Positions 27,613-41,960 of a DNA stretch of 64,000 nt are shown piece by piece. Under the pieces are notes generated by a model, which saw nothing but the letters and a program-made list of their open reading frames with translations, searched no databases and was not told where the DNA came from. Origin of the DNA: Macrostomum lignano (lineage: Eukaryota); contig NIVC01002389.1 in NCBI GenBank assembly GCA_002269645.1, positions 62,001 to 126,000 of the forward strand, read 5' to 3'. The position numbers and the translations under genes were made by a program. Every line of letters starts with the position of its first letter. Position 1 is the stretch's first letter.

Positions 27613-30605
27613 CTGAACTCGGCGCTAGAATTCGTGCTCGTGTTGTTGTCCTCGGAGTCCGTGGCCCCGGCTGCCAGGCTCGGCATGCTCTTGCTCTTGA
27701 AGCCGCCGCCGCTGCCGCCTCCGTCGGCCACCTCGCCGGAGACGCCGTTCGACACCATCGTGACCGGCCGGTGGCGCCTACGGCGAGTCGCCTCAGCGAT
27801 GCAGCCGCCGCCCGTCCCGCCACTGACGCTGTCGACGCGAATTCGGACTCGCTGGCCGCGCAGCCGCCGGCGCTTCTCGACGTCCTCGACGGCGGTCTCG
27901 GCGGCGCCCGGGTAGCCGCGCACGGCCATCTGCCGCCGAAGGAAGTCCTTCGCTCTGGCCAGGGCGTCAAGCCGGGAGCCGGCGCCGGAGCCCGCCTCCT
28001 CTGTCTCCTCCTCGTCCTCGTCGGCTTCGTCTGGAGCTCGCGGCGCTGCGCCATTCTCGTCTGCTTCTTCATCATCGTTGTCAGCGTCAACGTCGAAATA
28101 CCGACCGTTGCCGTTCGTCAGGCCGACGGCGCCCGCTGCCGCCGGGGCGCGCAGTTCGCTGCGCTCCGAGGTCAGGCGCTCCACCTCACGCTGCAGCTCC
28201 GCCTTCGCCTGAGCCAGCTGATCGCGCTGGCCGCACAGCGCCCGCATCTCCGCCTCGATCCGCGCCCGGCGCCGCTTTGCCTCCTCCTCGGCCTGCGCCG
28301 CCTCCGCCGCCAGCGCCTCAGCCGAGCGGCGGCGAGACTCCGCCTCCTGCGCCGCGCGATCCCCCCGGCGCTGCTCTTCCTCAAGGCGCGCCGAATTCTC
28401 GCGCTCCTGCTTCCGCTTTTCCGACTCCACTTCCGCCTGTAGCTGGGCGCGCGCCGCTTCGACCTGCGCGGCCAGCTCTTTGCGCAGCGCCTCCTCCTTA
28501 GCGGCGTGCTCTTTTCGCAGCGCCTCCAGCCTCTGCGCATGTTGCTCCTCCAGCTGCTTCAGCTGCCGCTCCTGCCGCTCCCGCAAGTCGCGCCGGCGCT
28601 CCTGAAGCACATCGTCGAGGCTCCGCTCCATGCCTTGGAGGGCCTGCATCCGCTCCTGACTGCCGCGAAGCTCCGCCTCGCGGCGCCGGCGCTCCTCGCG
28701 CTGCTGCCGCTCGAGCTCGCGCGACAGCTCCTCCAGTTCCGCCTCATAGCGCGCCTGCAGTTCGCGCCGCTGCTCCTCGATGCGCTCAGCGTGACGCCGC
28801 TCCGCCTGCTCCCGCTCGGATTTGAGCTGCTCAGCCAGTCGCGACTTCACCGCCTCCAGCTGCCTGGCCGACTCCTGCTCCAGCTTCTTGCGCTCCCTGT
28901 CCTCCGCGGTGCGCAGCTCCGAGCGCAGCTTGCCGAGCAGGCGCTCCTTCTCTGACTCGAGCCGCTGCCGCTCGTCAGCCTGAATTGACTGCACGTCCTG
29001 GCGCAGCTGCTCCAGGCTCTCCTCCTGCTTCGCCTTCAGCTCGGCCTCCGCCTCAGCCAGCTCAGCCTGCAGGCGGTCTTCGAGCTCCGCTTTCTGCTTC
29101 AACGCGGCGCCGCGCATGGCCGCCTCCGCCCGCTCGAGCTCCGCCTGGCTGAGCTGCCGCTCCCTGGCTAGCTTCTCGTTGCGCTCGGCTTCCAGCGCCC
29201 GGCGCTCGGCCTCCACAGCCTCGGCTAGCTGAATTCGCAGTCTCCGAACTTCCGACTCTTTATCTTCTAATAATTGCAGCTTCCGGTCTTCCAGTTCCGC
29301 CTGGTTGCGGTGGCCCAGCCGCATCAGCGACTGCTCAGCGGCCGAGCTCAATTCCTCGTCTACTCGGGGCGGCGGCCGTAGCGGCGTTCGCGGAGTCCGC
29401 GGTGTCCGGCCGGTGAGCGGCTTTCTCGGCGAGCTCTCGTCGAACGAGGAGCGGCCGATGTCGCGCAGGGTGTTGTTGCTGAGCCGCAGGCTCTCGGCTA
29501 CGCTCTCGAAGTCGTGCTGCTGCTCCAGCATCTCGATGCGGGTGGACACCTCCTTGTCTACGTGGAAGTCCGGCTCCTGACGGCCGCCGGCCGCCGACTC
29601 GTCGACGTCATCGTCGTCTTCGTCGTCGTCGTCCTCGTCAGCCAGAGCGCCGTTGGTCAAGGAGGCGGTGGCAGCAGCAGTTTTGTTGAACGACTGGTGG
29701 CCGCCGTTGGCCGCCGCCTTGGCCGGCCGCTGCGGCTCGGGCGCGGCCTCGGACTCGGTGGTCTCCGTCTCCTCGTACTCGGCAGCCGGCGCAGCGTACT
29801 CCTGCGGCCGCATCAGACTGAGCCGGTTGCTCAGCCTCAGCTTCTTCTTTGATCCGCCGTCATTGGCATCGCGGACTTTCTCACCGCGCTCGTTATCGCC
29901 CGCCGCCTCTTCGCCGTCGTCTTCTCGGTCGCTGGCGTCGCTATCTTCCTCGACGACATCGTCCTGCCGACTGTCGTTGCCGATGTCGAGGAGGATCCGA
30001 CTGCCGGCGCCGATAGCGATCCGGCTGTTGCTGCTGGCGCCGGATGCCGTTGCCGTCGACTTGATGGCGCTGTGCTCCGCCAGGCTGCGCGGCGTCCGCG
30101 CCGTAGTTGCCGGAGTCTGCGGCTGCGATGAAGCCGCCGCCGCCTGCTCCGCCTGGGCGCCGCTGCCTCCTTGGGAGCCGCTCCTGCCTGGCGAGGCGCC
30201 CGGCGCCGCCGCAGTCGTGGCAAGCCGCTGTCGCTCCTTGATGACGAGCAGCCGGTAGTGCTCATCGCAGGGGTGCTCCCAGCTGGACTGCCCGGTGCGG
30301 AAGTTGAAATAGTACACCGCCTCGTCCTCGGCCGACCGGTCCTGAATCGGGCGCCAGTCGGGAGGCAGCGGCGCTACCAGGCCTTCGCGGGCCAGGAACA
30401 TGAGCTCCGGCTCCTCCTCCACGTTGATGCCGATCGACCGGGCATATTCGGCCAATTCCTCGGGCGTCGGCTGATAGTCTTCGATTACCTCCTCCAGGAT
30501 GACCTGGTTGCCATAGTTACCATTGTGATTGCCGTCTTGGCTCCGTGAGGACATGTTGCTCTCATAATCGTGATCAGGCTCTGAGATGCCCGAGTCAATC
30601 ATCAT
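27613..30605 (-). CDS. CEP164: CEP164-like centriolar distal-appendage protein, ~3-kb first coding exon (N-terminal WW region plus long coiled coil)
   Basis: [55 protein letters not shown]...[28 protein letters not shown] matches the characteristic CEP164 N-terminal WW segment, followed by an E/R/A/Q-rich coiled coil. GTGAGC donor at 27612. Start ATG (30605 or a slightly later Met) is uncertain. Confidence 0.88.
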
Positions 30606-31247
30606 AGGCAGCTCCGTTGTCGGGCAGGCCTGCTGCTGCAGCCTTGGCCGCTGCTGCAATGTCAGCCCTGCGGCACAGGACGAGGGATGGGTCGGGCGGT
30701 TAGCACTGACGCATTCAGGGGAAAGCAGAGGAGAAGAGGGAGAGTGTGGATCGAGTTGGCCTACAAATAGCACTGATAAGGGCCCGAGCTTGCCTGCGTG
30801 CAGGCCTCTGTGAGCCTGTCACCCTGTGCGAAAATTCGACCCGATAATGCGTGTCTCTCTCTCACTGCGGTCTCTCACCCGCCAGGGGGGGGGGGTTAGA
30901 CAGGCGAGTTGGCCAGGTAATGGAAACGAAAATTCTTTGCCCCACTATATAAAATGATCGGCGCGCTTAGCCGGTCAGCTAAACTTTCGCCATATCTTCT
31001 GCGTATACTAAATATTAAGCCGATGTTAATGAACTGGGTTGGGGCAGGCAGGTTGCGCACGAGAGCCAGTGTCAGTGAATACCTGCTAACAACTCCATTA
31101 AATAATTTTTTGCCAATCTTATCCAGGCTGCTATCGATCAAGATTAGGAATAATTGATAGCAACGACTGGGATTGAATCGTGGAGGTACAATTCGATCTG
31201 GATCGAAGATAATGCATTTCGTTTTGCTAAATTTTACTGAAATTGAG

Positions 31248-31248
31248 C

Positions 31249-31340
<92 letters not shown>

Positions 31341-31542
31341 GTATCTATCTATCTATGTATCTATGTATCTATGTATCTATGTATCTATCTATCTATGTAT
31401 CTATCTATCTATCTATGTATCTGTCTTGTCTATGTATCTGTCTATGTATCTATGTATCTATCTATGTATCTATGTATCTATCTATCTATCTATGTATCTA
31501 TCGATCTATCTATCTATCTTTCTATCTATCGATGTATTTATG

Positions 31543-31574
<32 letters not shown>

Positions 31575-31597
31575 AATCTATCTATCTATCTATCTAG
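31248..31597. repeat. (TATC)n/(TATG) microsatellite
   Basis: Direct inspection. Confidence 0.95.
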
Positions 31598-32815
31598 TTA
31601 AGAAGCAATACAACCGTAAAAAAGAACTAGGTCAACTCACTGGGTTGAAGTGCGGAACCTGTTGCTGTGGCCAATTTCTAAGTAAAGTGGTGAGACTATT
31701 TTTTAAAAAGTTCGAGAATTAACGATGAAGAGAGGTTAAAAAAGCAGGCAAGAAAATAAAGTTGGGCCTCAGTTGGCAGCTGAGCTGTGAACGAAACCTC
31801 GATGTCGGAGCAGGCGCTTCATTTTTGAGCTGCCAGTGGGGTGGAGGCGGGCAAGGCCGAAAGAGATGAAGAATAGCAGAGGCTGGATGGGTTTAAGGTC
31901 GCCTATACCTGCCTATGCCCAGTGTCGGGGGCTACGGCTAGCGGTATTTTTCGGAGCAGGGGGTGGCGAAGCATGGCAGACAAACAGACTCGGAGGCTAT
32001 CAAGCCGGGGTTAACCTCTGGGCGCAGCAAAACAGAAGATAAGAATAGGCAAGAGACGATACGCGAGAGTAAACACGCCAGCAGGCCAGCCTCTCTCTCA
32101 ATAAGAGCCAGGGAGACAGAAAATCAGCCCCCGGAGAGACAAGGTGAGGGGTGGATGGCCACCCAAGGCCGCAGGCGGGCAGTCAGCAAGTGCCTCTGCC
32201 GGCCTCGGAGACCGCACCCAGCAACTAAAACGCCGAATTCATTAAATCATCTCTTGCAAATAATAGAACGAAAAGCTTGTCTTACTATTGCAGAAGAGTT
32301 TAGCCGATAAAATAAGTGTTGCACTCGCCAAGAATTAACTAGCGACTCAACTAAACCTAAAGTCCATTGATCCAATACGCTAATATTATTACTATTAAAT
32401 GAGTGAATTCTGAATTCTAAAACATCACAGTCTGTGCACTAAAAATCCACCTTTAAATTAAGAAGCTTTTCTCGCATTTCCATAAACACTCCAATTTTAT
32501 GTTGCTATGATAAAAGAAAGGAGAGAGAGAGGGAAAGAGAAAGAGAGGAACGCCAACTCTTCTCCATTCTCCTGTCTTGCCCACCGAGTTTAGCGGAGTT
32601 CTGAGCGACCCCGGGCACCTCTGCTAAGGCAGCAAATTAGGAACTCGAGAACTGGATTAAAAGTTTTAACCAGCATCCAAACAAACAGTTCAACTTCCCG
32701 CAATGGATTTTTATGCGCATATTTGCCAAAATCTGCGCAGCACCGAAATATCATCACCGAAACTCAACCACCGAAATATTCGACTCACACGCATTCGGAT
32801 TGCAGCAGCTTAGCC

Positions 32816-35377
32816 TTGATTGTAGCTCACTAACTTGATTGCAGCTCACTAACTTGATTGCAGCTCACTAACTTGATTGCAGCTCACTAACTTGATTGCA
32901 GCTCACTAACTTGATTGCAGCTCACTAACTTGATTGCAGCTCACTAACTTGATTGCAGCTCACTAACTTGATTGCAGCTCACTAACTTGATTGCAGCTCA
33001 CTAACTTGATTGCAGCTCACTAACTTGATTGCAGCTCACTAACTTGATTGCAGCTCACTAACTTGATTGCAGCTCACTAACTTGATTGCAGCTCACTAAC
33101 TTGATTGCAGCTCACTAACTTGATTGCAGCTCACTAACTTGATTGCAGCTCACTAACTTGATTGCAGCTCACTAACTTGATTGCAGCTCACTAACTTGAT
33201 TGCAACTCACTAACTTGATTGCAGCTCACTAACTTGATTGCAGCTCACTAACTTGATTGCAGCTCACTAACTTGATTGCAGCTCACTAACTTGATTGCAG
33301 CTCACTAACTTGATTGCAGCTCACTAACTTGATTGCAGCTCACTAACTTGATTGCAGCTCACTAACTTGATTGCAGCTCACTAACTTGATTGCAGCTCAC
33401 TAACTTGATTGCAGCTCACTAACTTGATTGCAGCTCACTAACTTGATTGCAGCTCACTAACTTGATTGCAGCTCACTAACTTGATTGCAGCTCACTAACT
33501 TGATTGCAGCTCACTAACTTGATTGCAGCTCACTAACTTGATTGCAGCTCACTAACTTGATTGCAGCTCACTAACTTGATTGCAGCTCACTAACTTGATT
33601 GCAGCTCACTAACTTGATTGCAGCTCACTAACTTGATTGCAGCTCACTAACTTGATTGCAGCTCACTAACTTGATTGCAGCTCACTAACTTGATTGCAGC
33701 TCACTAACTTGATTGCAGCTCACTAACTTGATTGCAGCTCACTAACTTGATTGCAGCTCACTAACTTGATTGCAGCTCACTAACTTGATTGCAGCTCACT
33801 AACTTGATTGCAGCTCACTAACTTGATTGCAGCTCACTAACTTGATTGCAGCTCACTAACTTGATTGCAGCTCACTAACTTGATTGCAGCTCACTAACTT
33901 GATTGCAGCTCACTAACTTGATTGCAGCTCACTAACTTGATTGCAGCTCACTAACTTGATTGCAGCTCACTAACTTGATTGCAGCTCACTAACTTGATTG
34001 CAGCTCACTAACTTGATTGCAGCTCACTAACTTGATTGCAGCTCACTAACTTGATTGCAGCTCACTAACTTGATTGCAGCTCACTAACTTGATTGCAGCT
34101 CACTAACTTGATTGCAGCTCACTAACTTGATTGCAGCTCACTAACTTGATTGCAGCTCACTAACTTGATTGCAGCTCACTAACTTGATTGCAGCTCACTA
34201 ACTTGATTGCAGCTCACTAACTTGATTGCAGCTCACTAACTTGATTGCAGCTCACTAACTTGATTGCAGCTCACTAACTTGATTGCAGCTCACTAACTTG
34301 ATTGCAGCTCACTAACTTGATTGCAGCTCACTAACTTGATTGCAGCTCACTAACTTGATTGCAGCTCACTAACTTGATTGCAGCTCACTAACTTGATTGC
34401 AGCTCACTAACTTGATTGCAGCTCACTAACTTGATTGCAGCTCACTAACTTGATTGCAGCTCACTAACTTGATTGCAGCTCACTAACTTGATTGCAGCTC
34501 ACTAACTTGATTGCAGCTCACTAACTTGATTGCAGCTCACTAACTTGATTGCAGCTCACTAACTTGATTGCAGCTCACTAACTTGATTGCAGCTCACTAA
34601 CTTGATTGCAGCTCACTAACTTGATTGCAGCTCACTAACTTGATTGCAGCTCACTAACTTGATTGCAGCTCACTAACTTGATTGCAGCTCACTAACTTGA
34701 TTGCAGCTCACTAACTTGATTGCAGCTCACTAACTTGATTGCAGCTCACTAACTTGATTGCAGCTCACTAACTTGATTGCAGCTCACTAACTTGATTGCA
34801 GCTCACTAACTTGATTGCAGCTCACTAACTTGATTGCAGCTCACTAACTTGATTGCAGCTCACTAACTTGATTGCAGCTCACTAACTTGATTGCAGCTCA
34901 CTAACTTGATTGCAGCTCACTAACTTGATTGCAGCTCACTAACTTGATTGCAGCTCACTAACTTGATTGCAGCTCACTAACTTGATTGCAGCTCACTAAC
35001 TTGATTGCAGCTCACTAACTTGATTGCAGCTCAATAACTTGATTGCAGCTCACTAACTTGATTGCAGCTCACTAACTTGATTGCAGCTCACTAACTTGAT
35101 TGCAGCTCACTAACTTGATTGCAGCTCACTAACTTGATTGCAGCTCACTAACTTGATTGCAGCTCAATAACTTGATTGCAGCTCACTAACTTGATTGCAG
35201 CTCACTAACTTGATTGCAGCTCACTAACTTGATTGCAGCTCACTAACTTGATTGCAGCTCACTAACTTGATTGCAGCTCACTAACTTGATTGCAGCTCAT
35301 TAACTTGATTGCAGCTCACTAACTTGATTGCAACTCATTAACTTGATTGCAGCTCACTAACTTGATTGCAACTCACT
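32816..35377. repeat. 19-bp satellite GCAGCTCACTAACTTGATT, ~135 almost identical copies
   Basis: Direct inspection; only a handful of variant units. Confidence 0.97.
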
Positions 35378-36175
35378 GCTCGGACTGCAAAGGTTAAGCA
35401 GGCTAGCCCATAGTTAAAGCTAATGATCTGAAGCCAATCATGTTCAATCGTTTGATTTTTTTGAATCCAAACAAATTAACAAATTAATGAGAAATTTAAT
35501 CTCGGAACCCAGCATGTCACCGGGAAACAAGAGATAGAGCAGAATTGGCTGTTCAGAAACAAAGTGCACTTTTCATGAAACCTCGTGGGCGTTGGCTCTT
35601 CACATGCAACCATGACAGGAGCCATATTTTAAGAAACTGGCGCTTGGAAGAAAAGTTCATTTAAGCAATAGTTAATCGCATCGCTAGAGAGGAAAGCACG
35701 TGACTAAGCAGACAGGTCTGGCATAGGGGAAATAGGGGGGGGGGTAGTTGAAAACGACCAGGTAGGTAATGAATAATTAATTAGACATTGCGAGAGAGAG
35801 AGACAGAGACGCAATGAAAGGAGCCAGAAAAAGCAGACACGGGAAGGGGAGTCTGAGAAGAAAAGATGCTGCGGTGGAGCGACGCTATGTTAAAAGACAA
35901 GGGAAGACAAAGGGAAAAGAGGATCTTAAGAAAAAGTGATCGAGACAAAACTTCTTAAGCTCCAGTGGGCCCCGCCGACCATGCTCAACACTCTCAGAGT
36001 TATTAGTGCTCTAACCGTGCCGTGGGCCCGCCTTCATTCATTGAGTAAACTCTCGCTGAGTGGAGACAAAACTCAGTAAGTGGCGGACATCAGGGATAAA
36101 GTTAGTAACGCTACATGTCGGCCATGTAAACTTTATGAGTAATCACTGCTGAAATCAAGCATGAGGGCTGCGCAT

Positions 36176-37150
36176 GCGAATGAGGGCAGTAGAATGAGCA
36201 GGTGCTGTCATGAATGAGAGCACTGGAATGAGCAGTTGCTGTCATGAATGAGGGCAGTGGAATGAGCAGTTGCTGTCATGAATGAGGGCAGTGGAATGAG
36301 CAGTTGCTGTCATGAATGAAGGCACTGGAATGAGCAGTTGCTGTCATGAATGAGGGCAGTGGAATGAGCAGTTGCTGTCATGAATGAAGGCACTGGAATG
36401 AGCAGTTGCTGTCATGAATGAGGGCAGTGGAATGAGCAGTTGCTGTCATGAATGAAGGCACTGGAATGAGCAGTTGCTGTCATGAATGAGGGCAGTGGAA
36501 TGAGCATTTGCTGTCATGAATGAGGGCAGTGGAATGAGCAGTTGCTGTCATGAATGAGGGCACTGGAATGAGCAGTTGCTGTCATGAATGAGCAGGTGCT
36601 GTCATGAATGAAGGCACTGGAATGAGCAGGTGCTGTCATGAATGAGGGCAGTGGAATGAGCAGTTGCTGTCATGAATGAGCAGTTGCTGTCATGAATGAG
36701 GGCACTGGAATGAGCAGTTGCTGTCATGAATGAGCAGTTGCTGTCATGAATGAGGGCTCTGGAATGAGCAGTTGCTGTCATGAATGAGGGCTCTGGAATG
36801 AGCAGTTGCTGTCATGAATGAGGGCACTGGAATGAGCAGGTGCTGTCATGAATGAGAGCACTGGAATGAGCAGTTGCTGTCATGAATGAAGGCACTGGAA
36901 TGAGCAGGTGCTGTCATGAATGAAGGCACTGGAATGAGCAGGTGCTGTCATGAATGAAGGCACTGGAATGAGCAGTTGCTGTCATGAATGAGCAGGTGCT
37001 GCATCATGACTGAGCAGGTGCTGTGTCATGACTGAGCAGGTGCTGTCATGACTGAGCAGGTGCTGCATCATGAATGAGCAGGTGCTGCATCATGAATGAG
37101 CAGGTGCTGCATCATGAATGAGCAGGTGCTGTTATGACTGAGCAGGTGTC
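36176..37150. repeat. 34-bp minisatellite CATGAATGAGGGCAGTGGAATGAGCAGTTGCTGT, degenerating to ~20-bp units
   Basis: Direct inspection. Confidence 0.93.
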
Positions 37151-38004
37151 ATGCTGTGTCAAAGCTAAAAGTGCAGACTCCCAGGCTCTCACCGTCCCGC
37201 TGTCGGAGCATTACTGCTCAGGCAGCCAGGAACATCGCTGCCACCAGAACTCGGTGCAACTTCAATGCAACGGATGACTCTGCCGAGGAACCCCAGTGTC
37301 TGTCCGTATTTCAAGCACTTCCGGGCGTTTTCTAGTGTGTATTTATCGCGACTTGGACGCAAAAAAGATAAATTGCCGACACAAAGAACGAGTTGACTGT
37401 TCCAGACAAAAGGACAAGCCTAAAAACTGGCATGGGCGGTGGCGGCGCTTACGTAGCCGAAGCACGTGAGGGGAGCAGGCGGATTCTAGAACTGGGACCC
37501 GCGATTGGCTGGGAGCAGTAATCTAGTCAGAAAAAGCAGAGCACAATATAATGCAGCCAGGCTGCATCGGGAGTCTGGTGGCCCGCATTCCCCACCCTCC
37601 CAACCAAACAGGGAATGGGAACGGTCGTGACTAGGAGAAGACGAAAGAGGGGGGAGGGAGGGGGGCAGACAAGAAAAATAAGGCAAGAGCTGGCTGGGTC
37701 TTGAAGGAGAAGCAAGGGATTTGCAATGCCCTTTCTTGCTCATACTCCCTAGCATCCAATCCAATGCAAAGCACTCTTCTGCATTGCCATTGTCTCCTGT
37801 GCCCGGGCAAAACCAGCAGCTGAATGGAGGTGAAAATATCCCAGCAATGCGGAGCTCCCAAAACAGGGCTGGCTGTACGCCCCCGCAACACACCGGTTAT
37901 CTCTAAGGAAAAAATCAAGTAACACTGACAGCTGATAAGAGAACCTTTTGGTATATGGCCTAATTAGCTCTCGAAAATTTAATATTTCAGATCCCTTACA
38001 CCGA

Positions 38005-38825
38005 ACTCAGGATTGAGATCCCAAACCGAGGGAATTAGTTCCCAAACTGAGGGAGCCAGATCCCAAACTGAGGGAGTCAGATCCCAAACTGAGGGATTGA
38101 GATCCCAAACTGAGGGATTGAGATCCCAAACTGAAGGAATAAGATCCCAAACTGAGGGATTGAGACCCCAAACTGAGGGATTGAGATCCCAAACTGAGGA
38201 ATTGAGATCCAAAACTGAAGGAATAAGATCCCAAACTGAGGGATTGAGACCCCAAACTGAGGGATTGAGATCCCAAACTGAGGAATTGAGATCCAAAAAA
38301 GTGAAGGAATAAGATCCCAAACTGAGGGATTGAGACCCCAAACTGAGGGATTGAGATCCCAAACTGAGGGATTGAGATCCCAAACTGAGGGATTGAGATA
38401 CCAAACTGAAGGATTGAGATCCCAAACTGAGGGATTAAGTTCCCAAACTGAGGGATTGAGACCCCAAACTGAGGGATTGAGATACCAAACTGAGGGATTA
38501 AGTTCCCAAACTGAGGGATTGAGATCCCAAACTGAGGGATTGAGATCCCAAACTGAGGGATTGACATCCCAAACTGAGGGATTGACATCCCAAACTGAGG
38601 GATTGACATCCCAAACTGAGGGATTGACATCCCAAACTGAAGGATTAAGATCCCAAACTGAGGGATTGAGATCCCAGACTGAGAGATTAAGATCATAAAC
38701 TGGGGGGTTGAGATCCCAGACTGAGAGATTAAGATCATAAACTGGGGGGGGTGGAGATCCCAAACTAAGGATTGAGATCCTAAACTGAGGGATTTAAATT
38801 CCAAACTGAGGGGTTAAGATCCCAA
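38005..38825. repeat. 21-bp minisatellite GAGATCCCAAACTGAGGGATT
   Basis: Direct inspection; unit contains an ATCCC/GGGAT dyad. Confidence 0.95.
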
Positions 38826-41739
38826 AATGAGAATTACATAAGATCCCAAATCCTAAACAAAGCATATATCCCATAGAATTTTAGAGATCTATTCTAAAAT
38901 GCAAAACAGCCCAGATGCATCTAGACTCATAGATGACTCAATCCGACAGCTTTAGAAATGCGATCTCAAATGACTGAACCTGTAAACAGCGCAGTTTACA
39001 GGCAGCGCTGGCCAGAGCTCACACAAGTCATTAATTTTTATTGCATTCTCAGGTTTGCCCTGCTGTGTCGATTGAAAACCGGGAGGGGGTGGGGCGGGTT
39101 GAAGCCGACAGGAATTAACTCCCAAAACTAATGAGCAGAGGAATGAGCCTAGGGGAGCATTGTTAGAGCACACACTGCGCACGCAAACATGAGCAATGAA
39201 ATTGAGCTGGCAAAAAGCATTGAGACACCATGCGATGAAATACTGTCTCAAAAATAAAAGTTTTTAGCAATTAGGAAAAGAAATATTCTAAACTGCAGAA
39301 AGGTTTTTGCAGAAAAGAAAGAAAGTGCAGAAAGTGCAGAAAAGAAACGATCCCACAAATTCATCACAACAAAATTCACGAATTCAAAGTGGTGGAGCAC
39401 TATTTTTGATGTTATATTTCCTTTAAGTTTCGATGAATTGAGTCTAACAACATCACTGGGGCGATCATTTTCACGCAGAATTTAATTTTTTTACAACGTT
39501 TGACACGCTGACATTCCTACAATAAATGAGCTCTGCTCTCGGGTTGCACTAGAAAATTGGGCTATTTAGCCCCGTTATTGCAGCTGGCCTTGTCTGCAGA
39601 GCAATAAAATATTTTATGCCAAAAGCCTGGCGCCAAACAACCCAAAACTTATGCAATTGAGCGCTTCGTGTGCATCAATTTCTAGAAAATACAAATTGCC
39701 ATTATTAGCCTACTAATAGTAGAACTACTTGAATTTCGGGACAAGTGATTAATAAAACAAAAAAATAAACTTAGCACTGCAGGCAAGATTTCAACTATTA
39801 GTTAAGTGTTGTTATACATATACTATCACCAATGTTGTTGACTTCAAAATCCAGAAATTGTAATGATTTGGCCATATGGGGTGATGGCCACCGTGCCACT
39901 TTTATGATAAAAAATTGCTACAATTATCATAGAAATTTAAGCTGTCTCATTAATTTCTAGAAATACAAATGGCATTGTCAGAGTATAAGATAATATAACT
40001 AATAAACATTTAAAAAGATGAAATTAATTGATTAAAGTATATACTAGCTATGCATAAAGTATTCAAATTTCATGCAAAATATTAGTCTAAACATAGATAC
40101 TAGAATAACTAGATAGACAACTCAGTATATCTGCATACAAGCTACTTTCAGTTTAGTAGTAACTGCTGAATCAGTAGTACCAAATTTCAATTAATACCTA
40201 GTACAAAATATATTTTAGAACTTAAAGTTACTTATTTTTTTGTTAAAAATTTAATGAATTGTAAAGCAAAAAAACTATTTAAGTTTAAATAATTTTCCTT
40301 ATAATGTAAAGTTTCCTTATAATATATAGTATATAGGCCTGACTATAATATAGGGTGACTATGCATTTTTGGACATAAAAAATAAGAAGAAATAAGGAAA
40401 ATGAGAAATATATTCAGTATAGGTAGATTTGCATTGAAATGAAAAAGATTGAAGACAATATTTTCATTGAAGCAGAATGTTTCTAATATAGCAACATTAA
40501 AATAATGCTCCAATTCTTATATTTAAATTATTAGTAGTTATATAGGCATGTAGGAATTAGCATGCTTTGTTAGTATATGCCTAGTTACAACTAAGGCAGA
40601 GAGATACAACTGAGAGTTGACGAAGCCTCTTAGCGTTTATTAGATCGATACGCAGGTTAAATACGATACAACGATTGTTACATAACTGGGTATAAAAGAT
40701 AGAGACAGGGGTGGGTGAAAAGCACGTACATGCTGTACAATAGCAACCCCCACCATGCTCTAGCGACTGGCGCATACAAGTACACTTGCAACTTACTATA
40801 ATTTGAATTAAATTAAAAAGTCTCTACAAAATGCCATTTCTCACCCAGGTTGCACTCTAGTTTCTTGATCTGCTCTTGTCTATATGTTTCTAGCTTGTGC
40901 TAGAGGCTGCTAGCTAAGTAGCTGCCTTTCACTGCTCCTTTTGAGCTGACTAGCATAGGGATTATATAACTTATATATTTTTATCATAGCCAGTATGAAT
41001 TGTATTTTAGGATCCAACCTGGCATACCAAATTGCTTTGTAAATGATTCTTTAAGCAATGAGATTCAATTTAGATAGATTTTCAACCATTAAATTCTTGT
41101 TAACCAGAACTACTTTCAACCAAAGCTTGGCCAATGGATAAAACCAATATAATTTAGATAGGCTTAGCTAATATACTCATACCATGCCAATAGTTCTTGG
41201 CATTTTTGAATGTATTTTTGTCATTGAAAAGTTATGAGTAAAAGTTGTCTATATAAGAATTGGCTATTGTAAATTGTTAGAATGTCTTAAATACTTTTGA
41301 ATCAGTGTATAGAATAGCAAACTATACCCTGGCAATATTAGCTTCTTGGTGCATGATCTAGCTAGCCTCAGATAGCAATATTGGGCAAAGTCCTAGTTTC
41401 TTGCATTAAATTATTTTTATACTAAATTTCAAACTAACAAACCTACAAACCAAAACCAATTTACTAAAGCATACTTTATATATGTAAGTCTTTAAACTGT
41501 GGAGGTCTTAAAAGTAGTACGAGAGGTATACTAAAAGTTTTGAGATATGGCTGACTCATAAGTCACAATTGCACAAATATTTATGTACATACTCTACCAC
41601 CCTTAAGATGATTGGGTATAACTTTTCAGTCTTTGCACTCTTATCAATTTTTCACAATCACTCTTTAAAGTCAATACCCCCTACCAAACTATACTTGCTC
41701 CAATGGAGTTGACAAACCACAACTTTTGTGCCATGATAG

Positions 41740-41960
41740 TTTATGACCAGCACCAGACTTTGTGGCCTGCTGCTGCACCATGACAATGCCAGTGCACACA
41801 CGGCTGCTGCAACATTGGCATTTCTGGCCAAGAATAGAGTCCAGTTAGTGATGCATCCTGCTTATTCCCCTGACCTGGCACCCTGCAACTTCTTTCTCTT
41901 CCCTTTGGTGATGAACCAACTGCGTGGGACTTGGTTTGAAAGCCCTGAAGCAGCAAGATT
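41740..41960 (+). mobile_element. Decayed Tc1/mariner transposase fragment
   Basis: LLLHHDNASAH...HPAYSPDLAPCNFFLFP is the mariner D,D34D catalytic-region signature (final D reads N). Confidence 0.88.

Noticed and set aside
27438-30813. Multiple plus-strand and alternate-frame ORFs over CEP164
   Set aside because: Shadow ORFs of a GC-rich coiled-coil exon.
37486-37918. Overlapping minus-strand ORFs
   Set aside because: No domain similarity; partly low-complexity.
37979-38804. IPQFG / SVWDLNP repeat ORFs
   Set aside because: Translation of the 21-bp minisatellite.
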